Position numbers and translations under genes: made by a program. 64,000 nt of DNA from Massalongia carnosa (taxonomy: Eukaryota): assembly GCA_965645245.1 (NCBI GenBank), contig OZ287077.1, positions 1,550,001 through 1,614,000 of the forward strand. The letters run 5' to 3'. Below the pieces are notes generated by a model. It did no database searches. It was given only the letters and a program-made list of their open reading frames with translations, and was not told where the DNA came from. Numbering within the stretch: position 1 is the first letter of the stretch; every line of letters begins with the position of its first letter. Below are positions 36,927 to 50,354 of this stretch, piece by piece.

Positions 36927-39179
36927 ATGCCTTCTCCCCTCCGCCGCACAGTCTACGCCGGCACTCTCATCTACACCTCTACCCCCAACACACTCTTTAT
37001 CCGTGAGCATACTCTAGTAGGCGTGGACGAGGGTGGGAGAATAGCGTTTTTAGCGGAGGCTCCAGCCGGGGAGCCAACTCCTAATTCTAAGCGTAATCCT
37101 ATAGATGGCGGTAATTCGGGGAAGGATGTGGGAAGAGGATATATAAAGAGGGGGGAAGATAACGGTGGACTTAGCGAGAGGCGCAATCATAAGGATGATG
37201 AACGACGTGGGAGGGCGGAAATGGGTGAAGGGAAGACGAATGAGACGGGAGGGCGAAAAGGGGGAGGCGAGGAGGGAATGACGGAAAATTGGGTTGAAGA
37301 AATCGTAAGAGGGTGGGGATGGGGTGAGCGGAAAGCCGAGGGAGAGGGGGAAGGGTGGGAGTTGGTCAGGGCTGGAAGAGGAAGGTGGTGGTTTCCTGGG
37401 TTTGTTGGTGAGTGCCGTTTCATTCTTCGTCTGCTGTTGATGGTGCTTTCTTCTTTTTACTTTTCATTCTTTATCTAAATTTTTATCTATTTCAGTATTG
37501 GGTTATCTGTATGCTTTAGATTGGGGGAAAGGAGTGGGTAAGTGGCAGGAGTCAATGAGTAAGAAAAATGTGGATGAAAGTGGAGAAGACAGGTGGGAAT
37601 TCGCATAAAAAATATTAATTGGACGAGTATAGGGATAGAAGGATATAGTGTCAGTTGGCTAAGGATGCCTACGGAGTACTCTCAATCGTATCAAGATCTA
37701 TATATTATTATCTGAAGCTCTTTTTCTTGTTTCTTTGCTTTCTCCACTATCTTACCACTAATCTATGTTTCCTACTAAACTGCCACAGAGCAAGAATGGC
37801 TAAAACTAATTCCTCTCCACAATCAAACAGACACCCACATTCACGCCTCCCAATACCCTAACGCCGGCCTCTTCGGCAAAAGCACCCTTCTGGACTGGCT
37901 AAACACGTATACCTTCCCCCTCGAAGCCTCCCTATCCGACCTCTCCAAAGCTCGTAACGTCTACAGCGCCTGCGTGAAGGCCACCCTTCGCCACGGCACC
38001 ACCACAGCCGCCTACTACGCCACCATCCACCCCGCCTCCACCAACCTGCTCGCCGAAATCTGCCTCGCAGCCGGCCAACGCGCCTTCATCGGCCGCTGCG
38101 CCATGGACTCTACCCAGATCAACCCGGCCTACTACCGCGACGCGTCCGCCGCCGCCGCCCTCGATGCCACACGCGCCACCATCGCGCACATGGCGCGTCT
38201 GGACCCGACCAGGACGTTGATTTCCCCCATCATCACCCCGCGCTTCGCCCCTTCGTGTTCGGAGCCCCTACTCGCCGCGCTGGGCGCGCTGGCCAAACAG
38301 GAGAGCCTCCCGATCCAGACGCACATCTCGGAGAACCCGGCCGAGTGCGCGCTCGTCGCGGACATATTCCCGGTGCACGGCTCCTACGCCGCCGTCTACG
38401 ATGCCCACCAGCTTCTCACGCCGCGTACGGTACTCGCCCATGCCATCCACCTCAGCGCCGAGGAGCGCGCACTGGTCAAGAAGCGGGGCGCCAAGGTGAG
38501 TCATTGCCCAGTCAGCAATTCTTGCTTGTCGTCAGGGTTATGTCCGGTGCGGGAGCTGCTGGAGGCGGGGATCGAGGTCGGGCTCGGCACGGACGTGAGT
38601 GGCGGCTGGAGTCCGAGCGTGCTGGTCGCGGCCCGGGAAGCGGGAGTCGTCAGTCGGATCTTGGCGGGCGTGCAGCGAGATTTTTCCGAGCAACTTTTCC
38701 GTGGCAAAGATGCCGGCCTGGGCTCGTCGCTTCCGTCTGGCGGTCGTGAAGGCGCGACGACCCGCGATGACAGTCCAGCAACTACTGATGGGGAAAGCGC
38801 CCCTCCCTCCACATCCAACACCCCCGGCCAACCCTCCTCCCCTCTTCCTCCTCCCCATCCCCCCCCCGTATCCGCCGATCACACCAAACTCAGCATCGAG
38901 GAATGCCTGTACCTCGCCACCGTCGGCGGCGCGCGCTGCCTCGGGCTCGAGCGCACAATCGGCACGTTCGAGGTCGGCATGATGTGGGATGCGCAGCTGG
39001 TGAGCTTGGCGGTGGAGCTGGAGCAGGGGCAGGGGCAGGAGCAGGATGGAGGGGTGCAGCATCTGTGGTGGGGCCGGGAGAGATGGACGGAGAAGGTGGC
39101 CAAGTGGGTGTTTTGCGGGGATGATCGGAATACGAAAGTGGTGTGGGTGGCGGGGAGGGTGGTGCATCGGCGGCGGTGA
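36927..39179 (+). CDS. GUD1: Guanine deaminase (amidohydrolase), ~609 aa; exons 36927-37407 and 37831-39179
   Basis: FPGFV|DTHIHASQYPNAGLFG..LLDWL..YTFPLE, HGTTTAAYYATIH, PIITPRFAPSC, IQTHISEN, SHCPVSN, GLGTDVSGG, GDDRN. Confidence 0.93.
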
Positions 39180-39558
39180 GGTGGGGGGATCCAGGGGGTT
39201 TGGGGGAAGGGGTTGGGAAGGGGGTACTTGGGATAAATAAGTGGGGGTTTTGTTGTCAATCAAGGGATCTTTCGGATTAGTGGCTTTCATTTAGCTCAAT
39301 CTCGGGAATGATTGGTCGGCGGGTTTGGAAAAGAAAACGGGCGTGGGGAACGAAAGTTTTTGTTTAGAAGAGGGGAGCAGCGAAAGAAAGGAAGGAATGG
39401 GATTAGGTGAATGGGCTCGGTTTTGAATATCCGAGAGGATTTCCGGGCCTCGAGGCAGTGCTAAGCAGCCTCATCATGCCATTTATGAGATTCCGAACGA
39501 CAAGCTCCTATCTATCACCCCCGTCGCCAGCCATTCCCCGAGCCGCCGTATCCGTCCT

Positions 39559-40285
39559 TTACGGACCAACCACTTCCCTCGAATTCCCCCCTCCCGCAGA
39601 CGAGCAGGTTGGTTGTTGTTTTATTCCCATGGAAGAGGTTCCGGAATGTCTACGGATGATCGATCGGCCGGTTTAGGTGATGTGGCCGCGCAATCCGAGT
39701 AGCAAAACACATTGCCACCAGTTGCCTTATTTTATGGTTCCTTTCCGTCAGCTTTGGCACCATCACTATTTTTTAATTTTTTTAAAAAAAATAAATAAAA
39801 TCGGCCTGCTGCCATTCTCGTTCTCGGGTCGGAAAGAACAACATGAGAAAGGGGCAAAGATTCTTACCGGGAGCTGGCTGGCGATATCAGCGCAAGTGTT
39901 ATAATACTGTGATTCGATACATTGGATGTCTTCGCTCCCTGCCGCGTTGCGAAGTCAGCCCTGGTGGAGAAAGTCGATGTTTAGGAAACGGGGAACTGGA
40001 CGTACTCTCGGCGCAGGATATTTTTAGGCTGGGGGCATTGGAATATGGTTTCTTGCAGCATACGCCGCTGGAGGTGGTGCATGCGGCAGCACTCATGAAC
40101 GTATCCTGCTCAGCTGGAGCGGAGGCGGGTATGGTGGAAGTGTCGGCCAACAGGTTAATATTTGCCTCTGCCGGTTGGGGAGAGTTTCCGTTCAAGAAAT
40201 AATCGATGTCGAACATGTCTGCTGGGACGGGGTTGGCATTGACTGCTGCAATGGTTGCTGCAACGACGAGAACAAAAAGACGCAT
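39559..40285 (-). CDS. Small secreted Cys-rich protein, probably three exons
   Basis: Signal peptide MRLFVLVVAATIAAVNANP, acidic spacer, C..CC..C motif. Donors gtacgt (~40004) and gtaaga (~39868) with matching branch/acceptor sites; 3' end inferred. Confidence 0.6.
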
Positions 40286-41575
40286 GATAACTGGTCGATA
40301 TTACAGTGACAAGAAATATATGAAAATTCTGAAAATGTAACTCTACTCTTTGCTATTGCTTACATTCTCATATCTGAAAAGTTCTCGACTGCTCAACCCT
40401 TTAAGTAACTAGTCAAAATGCACACGGGCTAGGTCGTTTCTCACGGCACGAGCATGAGCGGGAAAGCTCTTAAAACATCGCCCTTGTGTTTCAAAACAAA
40501 CGGAACTTTCAAGGCTACCAAGATGCGGCCAGGTCCCTACATGGGTGGGTGTTCGTGGAAAATAGGCAGATACCTATGTAAGAGTGTTTCGCCTCCAGAA
40601 CAAACGGAGCTCCGAGCCCATGGGTCGGCTTGCCATCATCGCCTGTTTCAAAGTGCACGGGCTGGGCCGAAAGTTACGCTAGGAATGGGTCTCGGCAGCT
40701 GTAGCGTAAGGTTTGTAAATTGACCTCCAAAAGGGAGCAAACGGCCTTCTCGGGCTATAACTAGCCACTGTCACCGGAAGGACACCGACCTGTTGAAATC
40801 ACCCGCTCGCAGAATCGTGCCTATGGCGCTACTGGCTTCCCCGCAAAAAGCCTCGTTCTTGAGCGATGCAAACTGACGGCTCCTTTCGGTTCCACCGCCA
40901 GCGGAACTACATGTTGAAAACTATCGACGGCATAAGGTTGAACTTACTACGCAGGTGCTACGTACAGAAGTTAGCAGTCATATGTAGTAGTCTGTAGAGT
41001 TAACCAAGGGAGTATTCTCATAGTATGAAGGGCTACCTAGCGGTTCATGAAAATTGTTACGGCGCAGTCGAAACCCTCATCATGGGAGGGATAGCATCAG
41101 AGCATCAAATCGGATGAAGTCCACGTTCGGTAAGTTTCTTGGTGGGTAAATAGATGATACAAAAGATAGATTAGTGGTTAAAAGGTAAAGGCAAAGGGAA
41201 AGTAGGACAGATATAATGGATTGACCATCGTCAAAACGAACATTTAGGTAGAACTGGATTGGTCGTGGAGGGCAATAGCGAAGGGGTGAATGTGGAGGTT
41301 GACTCGCTATGGATTGCACGATTGCGCGGAAGGTAAAGTTATCTTATATGTATCCCAACCATAGATTGAGTAGATAGGAGGATTTGACAGAATAGTCTTC
41401 TGAGTAAAATAACAATCAAATCAAGTAACGGAGTTTATACAGTTATTTTCTTGCTCAGATTATATAACAACATATATTCCTATCTCTGGTTTCCGCTACT
41501 GCCCATCGTTACCATTACTTCCATAATAAAGCGGTTTGTTACACATACAAGGCAAAACAAGCACACAATCTCATC

Positions 41576-43042
41576 CTAACCAGCCTGATAAAGCGCTGGC
41601 CCAGCCACAACATGTGGATTGATCTGGCTTAAGTTGAATGGCGTGAGATATAAGTCCTTATCCGTCAACGCCACAAACATAGTCCCATTGATAGCCGGAT
41701 CACCAGCGTATGTTGACGTGTTAGGCTGAATCGTACTTCCCGTTGTTGGTCCCGTGAGCTTGAGCGCCGAGTAGGTAAGATTTAACTGCGTAACCCAAGC
41801 CACAAACTTAGGCGCGCCTGCAGCTGTGGCGGTAATATATGAATTATTAGGTCCAACAGGTTTCCCTGGAAGTTCCCAGCTAAAGAATACTTCACGGCCG
41901 GGGAACGAGAGAGGAATGGAGCGATTGCGGGAGATGGCTGGACTACAGTCCTCTCCTACCACACCAGTACCGAAGCATTGGTCATCCTTCGGGACGACCT
42001 TTTCGTTGAGTGGAGCTGAACCCGTCTTGCCGATAGTCTCACCATCCTTGGTGTTGTTGGCGTTGATGCGAGCAGCATTGGGCTGGTTAACGACAGTAAG
42101 GGCAGGGAAGTTTTGCCACGCAAGGCGAGTCTGATTGGCAGGGCAGGAGCTGATGAATGGTGCAAGTAGTGTCCACGCCCACGATTGGGGAATACCGACT
42201 TCAAACCAGACTGGCATTGGGAATAGACCGTCGAATTGGCGGAATATCATTTGTTGGCGGGCTTCAGTTGAGATGGATTGGAGGAGCAGCTGCCCTGCTT
42301 CTCTGGAATCAAGGTGATTCAGAAAACCATAGACACCGGATTCACCAAAGCGAGTGAGCTTCTGACAAAAGTCGAGGAACTCGCGGACAGTGGTATACGG
42401 GTAATTGTATGTGCATTGTTTAGGTGCTTGAGCGCCGAGAATGTTGGTTATGAGCGTCGAATGTCCGACTTCTTGATCTGCCATAAACTCGATCAAGAAA
42501 CGATCTTCGGCTGTCAGGCCGGCAGCTTCGAATTCTTCGACAGAGAATTTGGCAAGGCCGTCATGGAAAAGATCGAGTTCAATCCATTCTTGGTACAAGG
42601 CCAGAGCCTGCACACTAATTAGCCACACTCGTATCTAAAGTTTCGGTGTACTTACTAATGACTCATAATCGAAGTCACTTTTTGCATTGTACACTGGCTC
42701 CGTGCCGTTCGTTCCAAGCCCGCCAGCAGGTGTGTACGGCGCTGGTTCAGGATCGTGAAGTTTCCCATCGCTAGGGTATGTGGTGGCTGTAGGGTTTGGT
42801 GGCAAAGCAGGAATGGAGGCAGCCAATACCGAAAGACTCAAAGCTCCAGTAGTAGTGGGGACACCGCTATAAGGCCCATGTGAAGTGGTGCCAGTCACTT
42901 CAGGACTCACGACGGGAGGAGGTGGACCCGGTGGAGGTGCCGCTGATGCTGGGATCGGGACGTACGACGCATGTGGAGCGGGCACAGCGATGGCAGCTGG
43001 CGTCAACAGCAGAATCCAGGACAATGCAGATTTAGAAATCAT
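41576..43042 (-). CDS. rds1: Rds1-like secreted stress-response protein (ferritin-like domain), one intron
   Basis: Signal peptide; SDFDYESL|ALALYQEWIELDLF, DQEVGH, TRFGESGVYGFL, EARQQMIFRQF, GPALYQAG. Confidence 0.9.
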
Positions 43043-43828
43043 CTTGAGGAGTTATGGTAGAGAGCGAGTCTATGGATGTAGGGGAATACAGCTTTAGATA
43101 TGTACTCGGTGTGGGGCAAGAAAAACACAAAGTAACCCACCTAACGATGCACTAGAAAGCTACAGAAACATGAGTAGAATCTGGGGGGGATGTCCGTGTG
43201 GCCAGATCGTGTACTGACCTCATGAATAGCCATATTGGGAAAGCTTGACGGAGGAACAGCAAGGGCAAGTGCATTAATACCGCCAGGACCAGCACCACGG
43301 TAAAACTCTTCATCTCCCGGATTGGCTGTTTCCATTGTGTCAAAAAGCAATCCACGGCGCAGAGCCAATCATTTCTCGAAAAACCGTCGAACAACGCGAA
43401 GCACGGTGGGACCCAGAAAAAGCCGGCAGTGGCGATTGAGCTTTCTCAGGAGCTCATATCATGGGCCGGACCGACCAGGATGAGGATTCCCAACAGAACA
43501 AATACTACTTAATACTTATGGGGAAATCCCATCCTCGGTAGACGTGGTTGATGGATGCACTGGATCTAGGAAAGAAATACTGTGTACGCGGAGAAAGTAC
43601 ACGTCATGATGATCGCCAGGACATTGGAGAGAGCGTCGATGACGTCTTCCGCAGAGCCGCTAATGCGGTCGATCCTGCGTCGGCAGTAGCTACGGAGTAG
43701 TTCCCCTCTAAACTGAAGTACCTTACCTTGTACTATAGTTGCACAGATGTGATACCCGAAGATTTCTGTTTCAAGATGAGAGGCACAGAGGTACGCTTAA
43801 AGTCTACGGATGTTGCTCCGCTGCGCAT

Positions 43829-43886
43829 TTGACCTTAATGATGGGGTATAACAATGCTTGGACCTTAATGGGGTATAACAATGCTC
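43829..43886. repeat. Two-copy tandem duplication of ~28 bp (gaccttaatg[atg]gggtataacaatgct)
   Basis: Directly visible. Confidence 0.85.
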
Positions 43887-44469
43887 CCAACCCGAGGAAG
43901 AGGCACGACGCATTCGAGAGATCGTTTTGGTATTGGTTGCAAACTATCGTTTTTTCAAGCTCGCAGGCGTGTGCGTTAGTGATGTAAGACCATGTGCGTG
44001 CATTGATCTTGGATTGCCACTGGTTCTTTTTAAGTTCCACCTTTGATGAACGATAGAAGCTTTTGGAGGAATGGGACTCCCTCTCCTCTTCGAACTAATA
44101 ATAAAGGTATCTACATGCAAACACGCTAATTAGCAAGTACTCTGTACCCGCGAATAAGTAAAAGAGTCGCGGATGAATAGGAGTATGTAGGTATTCAGCA
44201 TAACGAAAGGAACGACAAGAGTCACGTGATATTCCCATATTCCCACGGCCTCGAGATACCTACACAGTACAGGTATTTCGGGAAAACTACAGCATCGACT
44301 CCGAGGGATGGACATATCTGCAATTATGAGTACATAAAGCAATGATTTTTACTCCTCCAATACCACTTGTTACCGGTCCCTTCGGTTTCATAGCCTTACA
44401 GCCAGCCTCAAATAGCCAAATTCCATCATCCTGATCTCGCCCACTGATGAGCCGCAAAACCACAAATAC

Positions 44470-45487
44470 ATGATGACTATCATCAAAAAAGTCGTCGTTA
44501 TCGGTGTCAGTATTTCTGCAGCTTAGGGGATCAGTCGTTACTAACAGCCTCACCGGCCTCGGGCAATTTTGGAACACCCATTACAGCACTCCTCATGAGC
44601 GCTGGATTCGACGTGACCGTAATCAGCCGGATCCAGTCTACAGCAACCTTCCCATTCGGAATTCCCGTCATCAAAACCGAGTACACGCTCGACGCGCTGA
44701 CCAAGGCCCTGGCAGGGCAAGATGCCGCCGTTTGTGTCGTGGGCCCGGCCGGCATCGTGCATCAGGTCACCCTGATCGACGCCGCCGAGGCCGCAGGCGT
44801 GAAGCACTTTATCATCGATGATTTCGGCTGGGGCCCCGATGTCCGTGGAATGCCCGAGTTCAACGATGTTCACGCACAGCGCCGTCTCGGGTGGGATCAC
44901 GCGAAGGCGCGGGCGGAGGCAAACCCGGCGTTTACTTACACGGGCATCACCTCTGGTAATCCCATTGACTGGGTCAGGGTTCATCCTCATACGCACATGT
45001 TTTCCCCAAAGCTCACTGGCTACAGGCGTTAAGACGCTTTCCGCTCATGGGCTTCAACGTCGCGCGGTGTAAGGCCATAATCTACGACGCTGGGACTGAG
45101 CAGTTTACGGGCACTACGCTCGGGGGCATTGCGCAAGCGGTCGTCGGCGTGCTGCAGCACCCGGACAAGACGGCAAACCGATTTGTGAAGGTGCGGTCCA
45201 TCCAGACTTTTCAGAACGAGCTGCTCGAGGCTTTCCAGAGCCATACGGGGAGTAAGTGGGAGGTCGAGCGATCGTCGAGCAAGGCGCTAATGGAGAGCGG
45301 ACGAAGCAAGTTTCAGGCGGGTGTTAGCGGCTGGGTCTTGGAATTGGTCGTGGCTCAGTTGTTCGACCAGGGCGAGGCTCGCTGTGTGGTCGCACCGTCG
45401 AGGGAGGATTCGGATTCAGACTTGTTGGGGGTGGTTGAAGAGACTCCGCAAGACGTGGTGGCCAAGGTCATGAGGAGGAAAGGATGA
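44470..45487 (+). CDS. NmrA-like / isoflavone reductase family NAD(P)-binding oxidoreductase, two introns; first acceptor anomalous
   Basis: IKKVVVIG|ASGNFGTPI Rossmann motif, ALAGQDAAV, LIDAAEAAGVKHFI, AVVGVLQHPDKTANR. Confidence 0.85.
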
Positions 45488-48400
45488 ATTGATGAAGATT
45501 ATCTGAATAAACCTTGGGATGTGCGAGATGGGGTCTATATCAAAGGATCGAATTCTCCATGAATTCATCGAGTTACTTAAGTACGATAATCTGACACAAT
45601 ATCCGTTTAAGATTCTACGTACTTGTCACGCGCGTGACTATGGCGGATTGTAAGTATCAAACCCTCATAAGGAAAAATTTCAATCGCGATTGTTTTACAT
45701 TTCAAAGTCAACGATCGTATTTCAAATATGTTGTCGACGTTTATGGATACAAATTCGTACAAAGCATATAATTGTTCCGTCGTCTAGTTTAAATTACAGA
45801 ACCGACCCTTGTTAGCCACAACAGACTGGACAGATCAGCTCTATACTGCATCGACTCCTCAAGACTACGCGCCGCCCGCTAAAAGAGTTTTATCACTTCG
45901 CCTCTAACATTGACTCAAATACGGGCTTTCTAGCTCTGCCATGGAGATCACCGCCGAAGCATAACATTACTCAAGTCAATGTCGCCGAAGATAGCCTGAG
46001 TGATAACGAAACGACAATGATTGACATTGATCCCCACTGGTGATACTGTTTTAAGAACTCATCGATAAGATCATAAGATAGGCCTTTTGATTTCGTCCAA
46101 AGTTCTTTCCTTAGCTTCTCCTGTCTTTGCCAAGATACTTTCCTCTCAATTTAAAGAAGGGTCGGTCAACGGTTCCAAATTTAGAATATCAAAAATCCCA
46201 CTACCAGATGATGATATAGTGGCTTTCACGGTCCCCCGCAATGTTGTTCACTATACTCTAGAATGAACCTGGTCTAGAAAACTTTCAATGGGTTGTCTTG
46301 AGCAGCTCGGGATCATCTGTGATAAGTATTATACAACTGCACCAATGCTCTGATGCATTCGAGTGTCGTTTGGCTTCGAGCAGGGTTGGAAACCCATGAG
46401 AATTGGGACCTTAACCGGCTCTTGTTCGTAGCATACCTTCTCGATGTTCCTGATGCTTTTTCGAGAATCTCATGAAGGATCTTGTTAGCCCATACAGGGT
46501 CGTTTCGTGATCTTCGTGGGTTAACTCACCCGGGATGTGATCCCCAGTCGTATATCAGTATGGCAAGCGCAAACTGAAGATTTAAATCTAGCATGCATAG
46601 CGGAGTTTAGGGCAAGGAAAGGAGGGGTTACGGCGAGGTTGGTGTCTGCAATCGAGAAGCCCATTGATGCGCTTTGTGACGATGTCATATGCACCTGTGG
46701 TTTTGATTTAGTTGGAAGGTATATGCTAACGCTTCATGGTCGTCGGTTAGCCTCCGAAGGCCAACTGCTAAGCGAAAAGAGCATTTCATCCATACTCGAG
46801 CAAATGCTTTCATCCAGGGAAATGAAGTCCACAGAATCCAATATTCCTGGTTGTGACGTCAATTTTGCACGTCGAACCAAGGACTTGAGGAAAATCTTGC
46901 GGAACGCGAGCAAGCGTATCTCCAGTATATAAGTCGGAATTTGTTTGGATTGTACCAAATCTGGACGAGAGTCCGTCTACAAAAACGAATGCCGCTTTCA
47001 TATACTATACACCTAGCGTGGGAGAAGGCACTAGATAGGAAAATGATATCATTAAGACCGAAGTAGGGAGTCTATCAAGGTATTTCAAAATATTACTCTG
47101 CTTACGTGACTTAGAGCAAACGGTTTGTGTACCCAAATTGCTGGGTTTTGGTTCGTAACTCGGATCAGGATGTTCCCTTTGGATGGGCCTTTTAACCTAA
47201 AAAGTCCTTGAACGATCCGGACAAATTTAAGTTACGGCTAAAGAGTCTTCAGTCAGTATACGTTATACCATCTTTTAGTCTCCCTAATTGGGTCGGAGTG
47301 TACATGAATCCATTGGGTTTTGAGAAGGCGAATATTCAAGAGAAGCTCTATTTGGCTAGGTTGCTTGGTGCCTTGATCCTACGCCTATAACCATACCCAA
47401 GACATTCTATGTGGAAACGCGACTTACGCAACGCTCAGAACCCCCTTAGAAAGTACCTACGCAAGCGAGACTCCAGGAAACATTTCAAGTCCTCCAAGTG
47501 CAGTGAACTTGCTTCTCGAAGCGACACTTTGACATGTCAATCGCAAAGCCCCGTCTACGTTTCTGCTTCTGTTTGACTTATCAAAATCGTGTCACAAGAT
47601 ATACTCTTGAACACAGGAGAATCGCCACTACTTTGCACTTACTGCATGGTTATCATGAAGTCAACGGGTTTTCTGAGACATGGAAGCTTGCGCCTGGCAA
47701 TCAATGTTACGATTGGAGCTGGATTTTCTCTCCTTGATCCTTTCCAAGCATTTTCCTGCAGCAATCGGGCCCCTTCTGAGATAGCAAGAGATATCTTACT
47801 TCTAAAACTAATTCGAAGCTGATCCACGTTCTCGTCTATTCCTTACAACATCACCTCCAACCCCATTTAACTGCTGAACGTTTTCTAGGAATGGAGGGAT
47901 TCGGTTTAATTGACAATGATATGCTCCTAGTTATCTACGTCACTAGAGCTCCAGACCTTGTGTTTGCCCAACCTCCGCTCCGAGGGACATATATGGATTG
48001 TTTTTGTTGTGGTTGTAAATTTCCGAAAAGACCTTAGTGACAAACAGTTTAAGAGGTTTTTTTTTCAAGACCATGAATCATTATTGATAATAGAATAGCT
48101 ATGTTCCCTTGTGAGAAAATATTAGGAAGCTAGAAAGCCGATAACTACTTCAGGTGCTCGCTCCGTGATCGAGACTAATCAATTTTGAAGCGATTAGACG
48201 CTTTAATGGAATCAACTTTTCGAGGCGGCAAGATTTGCCGGGAAATGTATCGAAACGTCGACGCTACTCATTCCTAGCGCCCTCTGGTTCCATGGTTATC
48301 AGAAGCCCAGCTAACCATTTCAGGAATTTTCGTAACTGTCGTCGAACGGACGCTTCGCTGAAGCTCACTTTAAACCCAACCAACTTTCTTGACTTGCCTG

Positions 48401-49308
48401 GATTGGCTTCGGGGGAGCTTCGAGGCGCAATCCAGTCAGCCACAGGATTGGTACATTTTGTGACCCGTCAGTCGGGGGGGTTTCTCTAGGTTGACTGACT
48501 ACCTATCAAATTATTCAAGGGATGAGGATGCGGATTGCTTTCTTATTGGTTTACTCAACTAGAATACGACGTGAAATTCCTGAACTCCTAATGCTGTCAA
48601 AGCCACTGTGCTAAATTTAACGCAGATAATAACAAGTTGGTTGGTTATTCTCTTTCGAATAGACTCATGAAACCCAGTCATTTTTATCATCAAGTTCGGA
48701 TTTGAAGCTACTCTTCCTCAAACTAGCCAATCTGAAAGAGTAGGTAGATAATAACTACTGTCTGGGTGGGAGTAGCAAGAGATACCTACTGTGTACCTAA
48801 CAGTAACCAATGAGTCATCAGAGTAACAAAAACGCAGTACATAATATGTTCTGCCCTGCTCTACCTGCTACATACTCCACCCACTTCACCATAGGCCGCT
48901 ATCATTTTCAATTATTAGCCAGCTAGGAAAAAGCGGTTGAGAAACAAGGAATTTCTGCATGACTTCGTTGGACATTCGGTTGAGAATAGTTATAATCAAA
49001 AAGGAGGGGAATTGTGTTGCTAGTAACAATGGCGGGTGATGGTAGCAGGGGGGAAGTTTAGCTGGCGATGAAAAGCCAGTGGGATGAATCCCGTTTGCCA
49101 GACTGAGATTGTGGTCGGATTTTTCTTCAGGAATTTTTACTCGCTAGTGCAGCGCTAACAAACTTCGAGAGCCCGTCACATGTTTCATCCAAGCAAAAAA
49201 AACAAGTCAAAGATGCCATTGGCCCGTTCCCTTCTTATGGATCTCTTTTATTTCTCGAACTCGCTGAGCAGGTGATTCATAATCGTCCTCCGCTTTGTCG
49301 AGTGTACG

Positions 49309-49830
49309 ATGCGTCTCTCAATTGGTGTCTTGCTGGTTCATCTGACCATAGTCTCCGCCATGCCCCGAGGGGATGGATCCCGTTGGGCAAAAACCCTGCA
49401 AACAGAAACGAGACAGCTCGTTTGACCCAGAAGCGTTTGCGGATGGACTCTTGCTTGCTGGGAATTCTGCGGCAAGCGAAGCAGGCGGTGGACAGCTGGT
49501 GCCTCAGACTGGGGATAGGGCAATTTGCCTCCCTGACTCCGAAGAGAACGGCTTGTACGGCAAGGCCGAGTATGAAGAGTGCGATCCCGATCAGCCGCAT
49601 CTACTCTGTCAGCTGTTTGGAGCCGTAGTTCGGGGCCAAGGATTCTTTGTAGCGCCTGTCAAAGCATGTACGCTGAATTCTTCACCCGAGTTTTGCATTT
49701 CCATCAAGAACGCTTTGAAGACAAACTTCACTCATTTGGGTGTAGGTGGCTGACTGGGGGTGGGTGCAGTTGATGGCGGTCTTGAGTGTCAGAAGCCCTG
49801 GTGGGTGTGGTGTTGCGAACAGCATGATGT
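49309..49830 (+). pseudogene. Small secreted Cys-rich protein with an apparent frameshift after the signal peptide
   Basis: MRLSIGVLLVHLTIVSAMPRG is out of frame with ORF 49373-49753. Intron gtacgc...gctgac...cag leads to DGGLECQKPWWVWCCEQHD. Confidence 0.5.
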
Positions 49831-49988
49831 GTCGGTATGTTTTTGGAGCAATGCCAAGCATGAGAGTAGCTTTCATTTTGATCGGGGCTGATACTTCGCA
49901 ATGTGATTAGAATCGGAGGGGAGTTCATTGTTATTAATCCGTCCGTGGCATGAGATATGTATGACTTCCGCTATGACTACTCGACGTC

Positions 49989-50354
49989 TCAACTTGACAT
50001 AGGGTTAATTCTTTCATAATATGTGATAATATAACTTTCACGCTTTACGGGGATCGTATTGAAAAAGATCTTGACGAGATCTTCGTAGTCATCTAGAAAT
50101 CCATTGACCTGATGTTGCGTGAGACCAATCGACGCTATGCGCTCGAAATTCCCAAAACGCTTATATTTGCATTCCACTTTTGCTTCCCAAAAATTTCTCA
50201 CATCCGTCACAAAATCACTTGTTATCGTATTCATTGCTTCACCCTTCAGCCAAGAAAGAAAAAATGTCGCAGGTGGGCAGTACTTGAGATCACCGTCATG
50301 ACCTGAATTCAATATCCTCTCTCGCATCTCCACCACCATGAACGAAACAGGCAA
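49989..50354 (-). mobile_element. Possible Ty3/gypsy gag remnant
   Basis: Spacing in FFLSWLKGEA...FWE....KRFG....A...L.Q.....DDY resembles retrotransposon gag helices. No pol or LTR seen. Confidence 0.3.
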
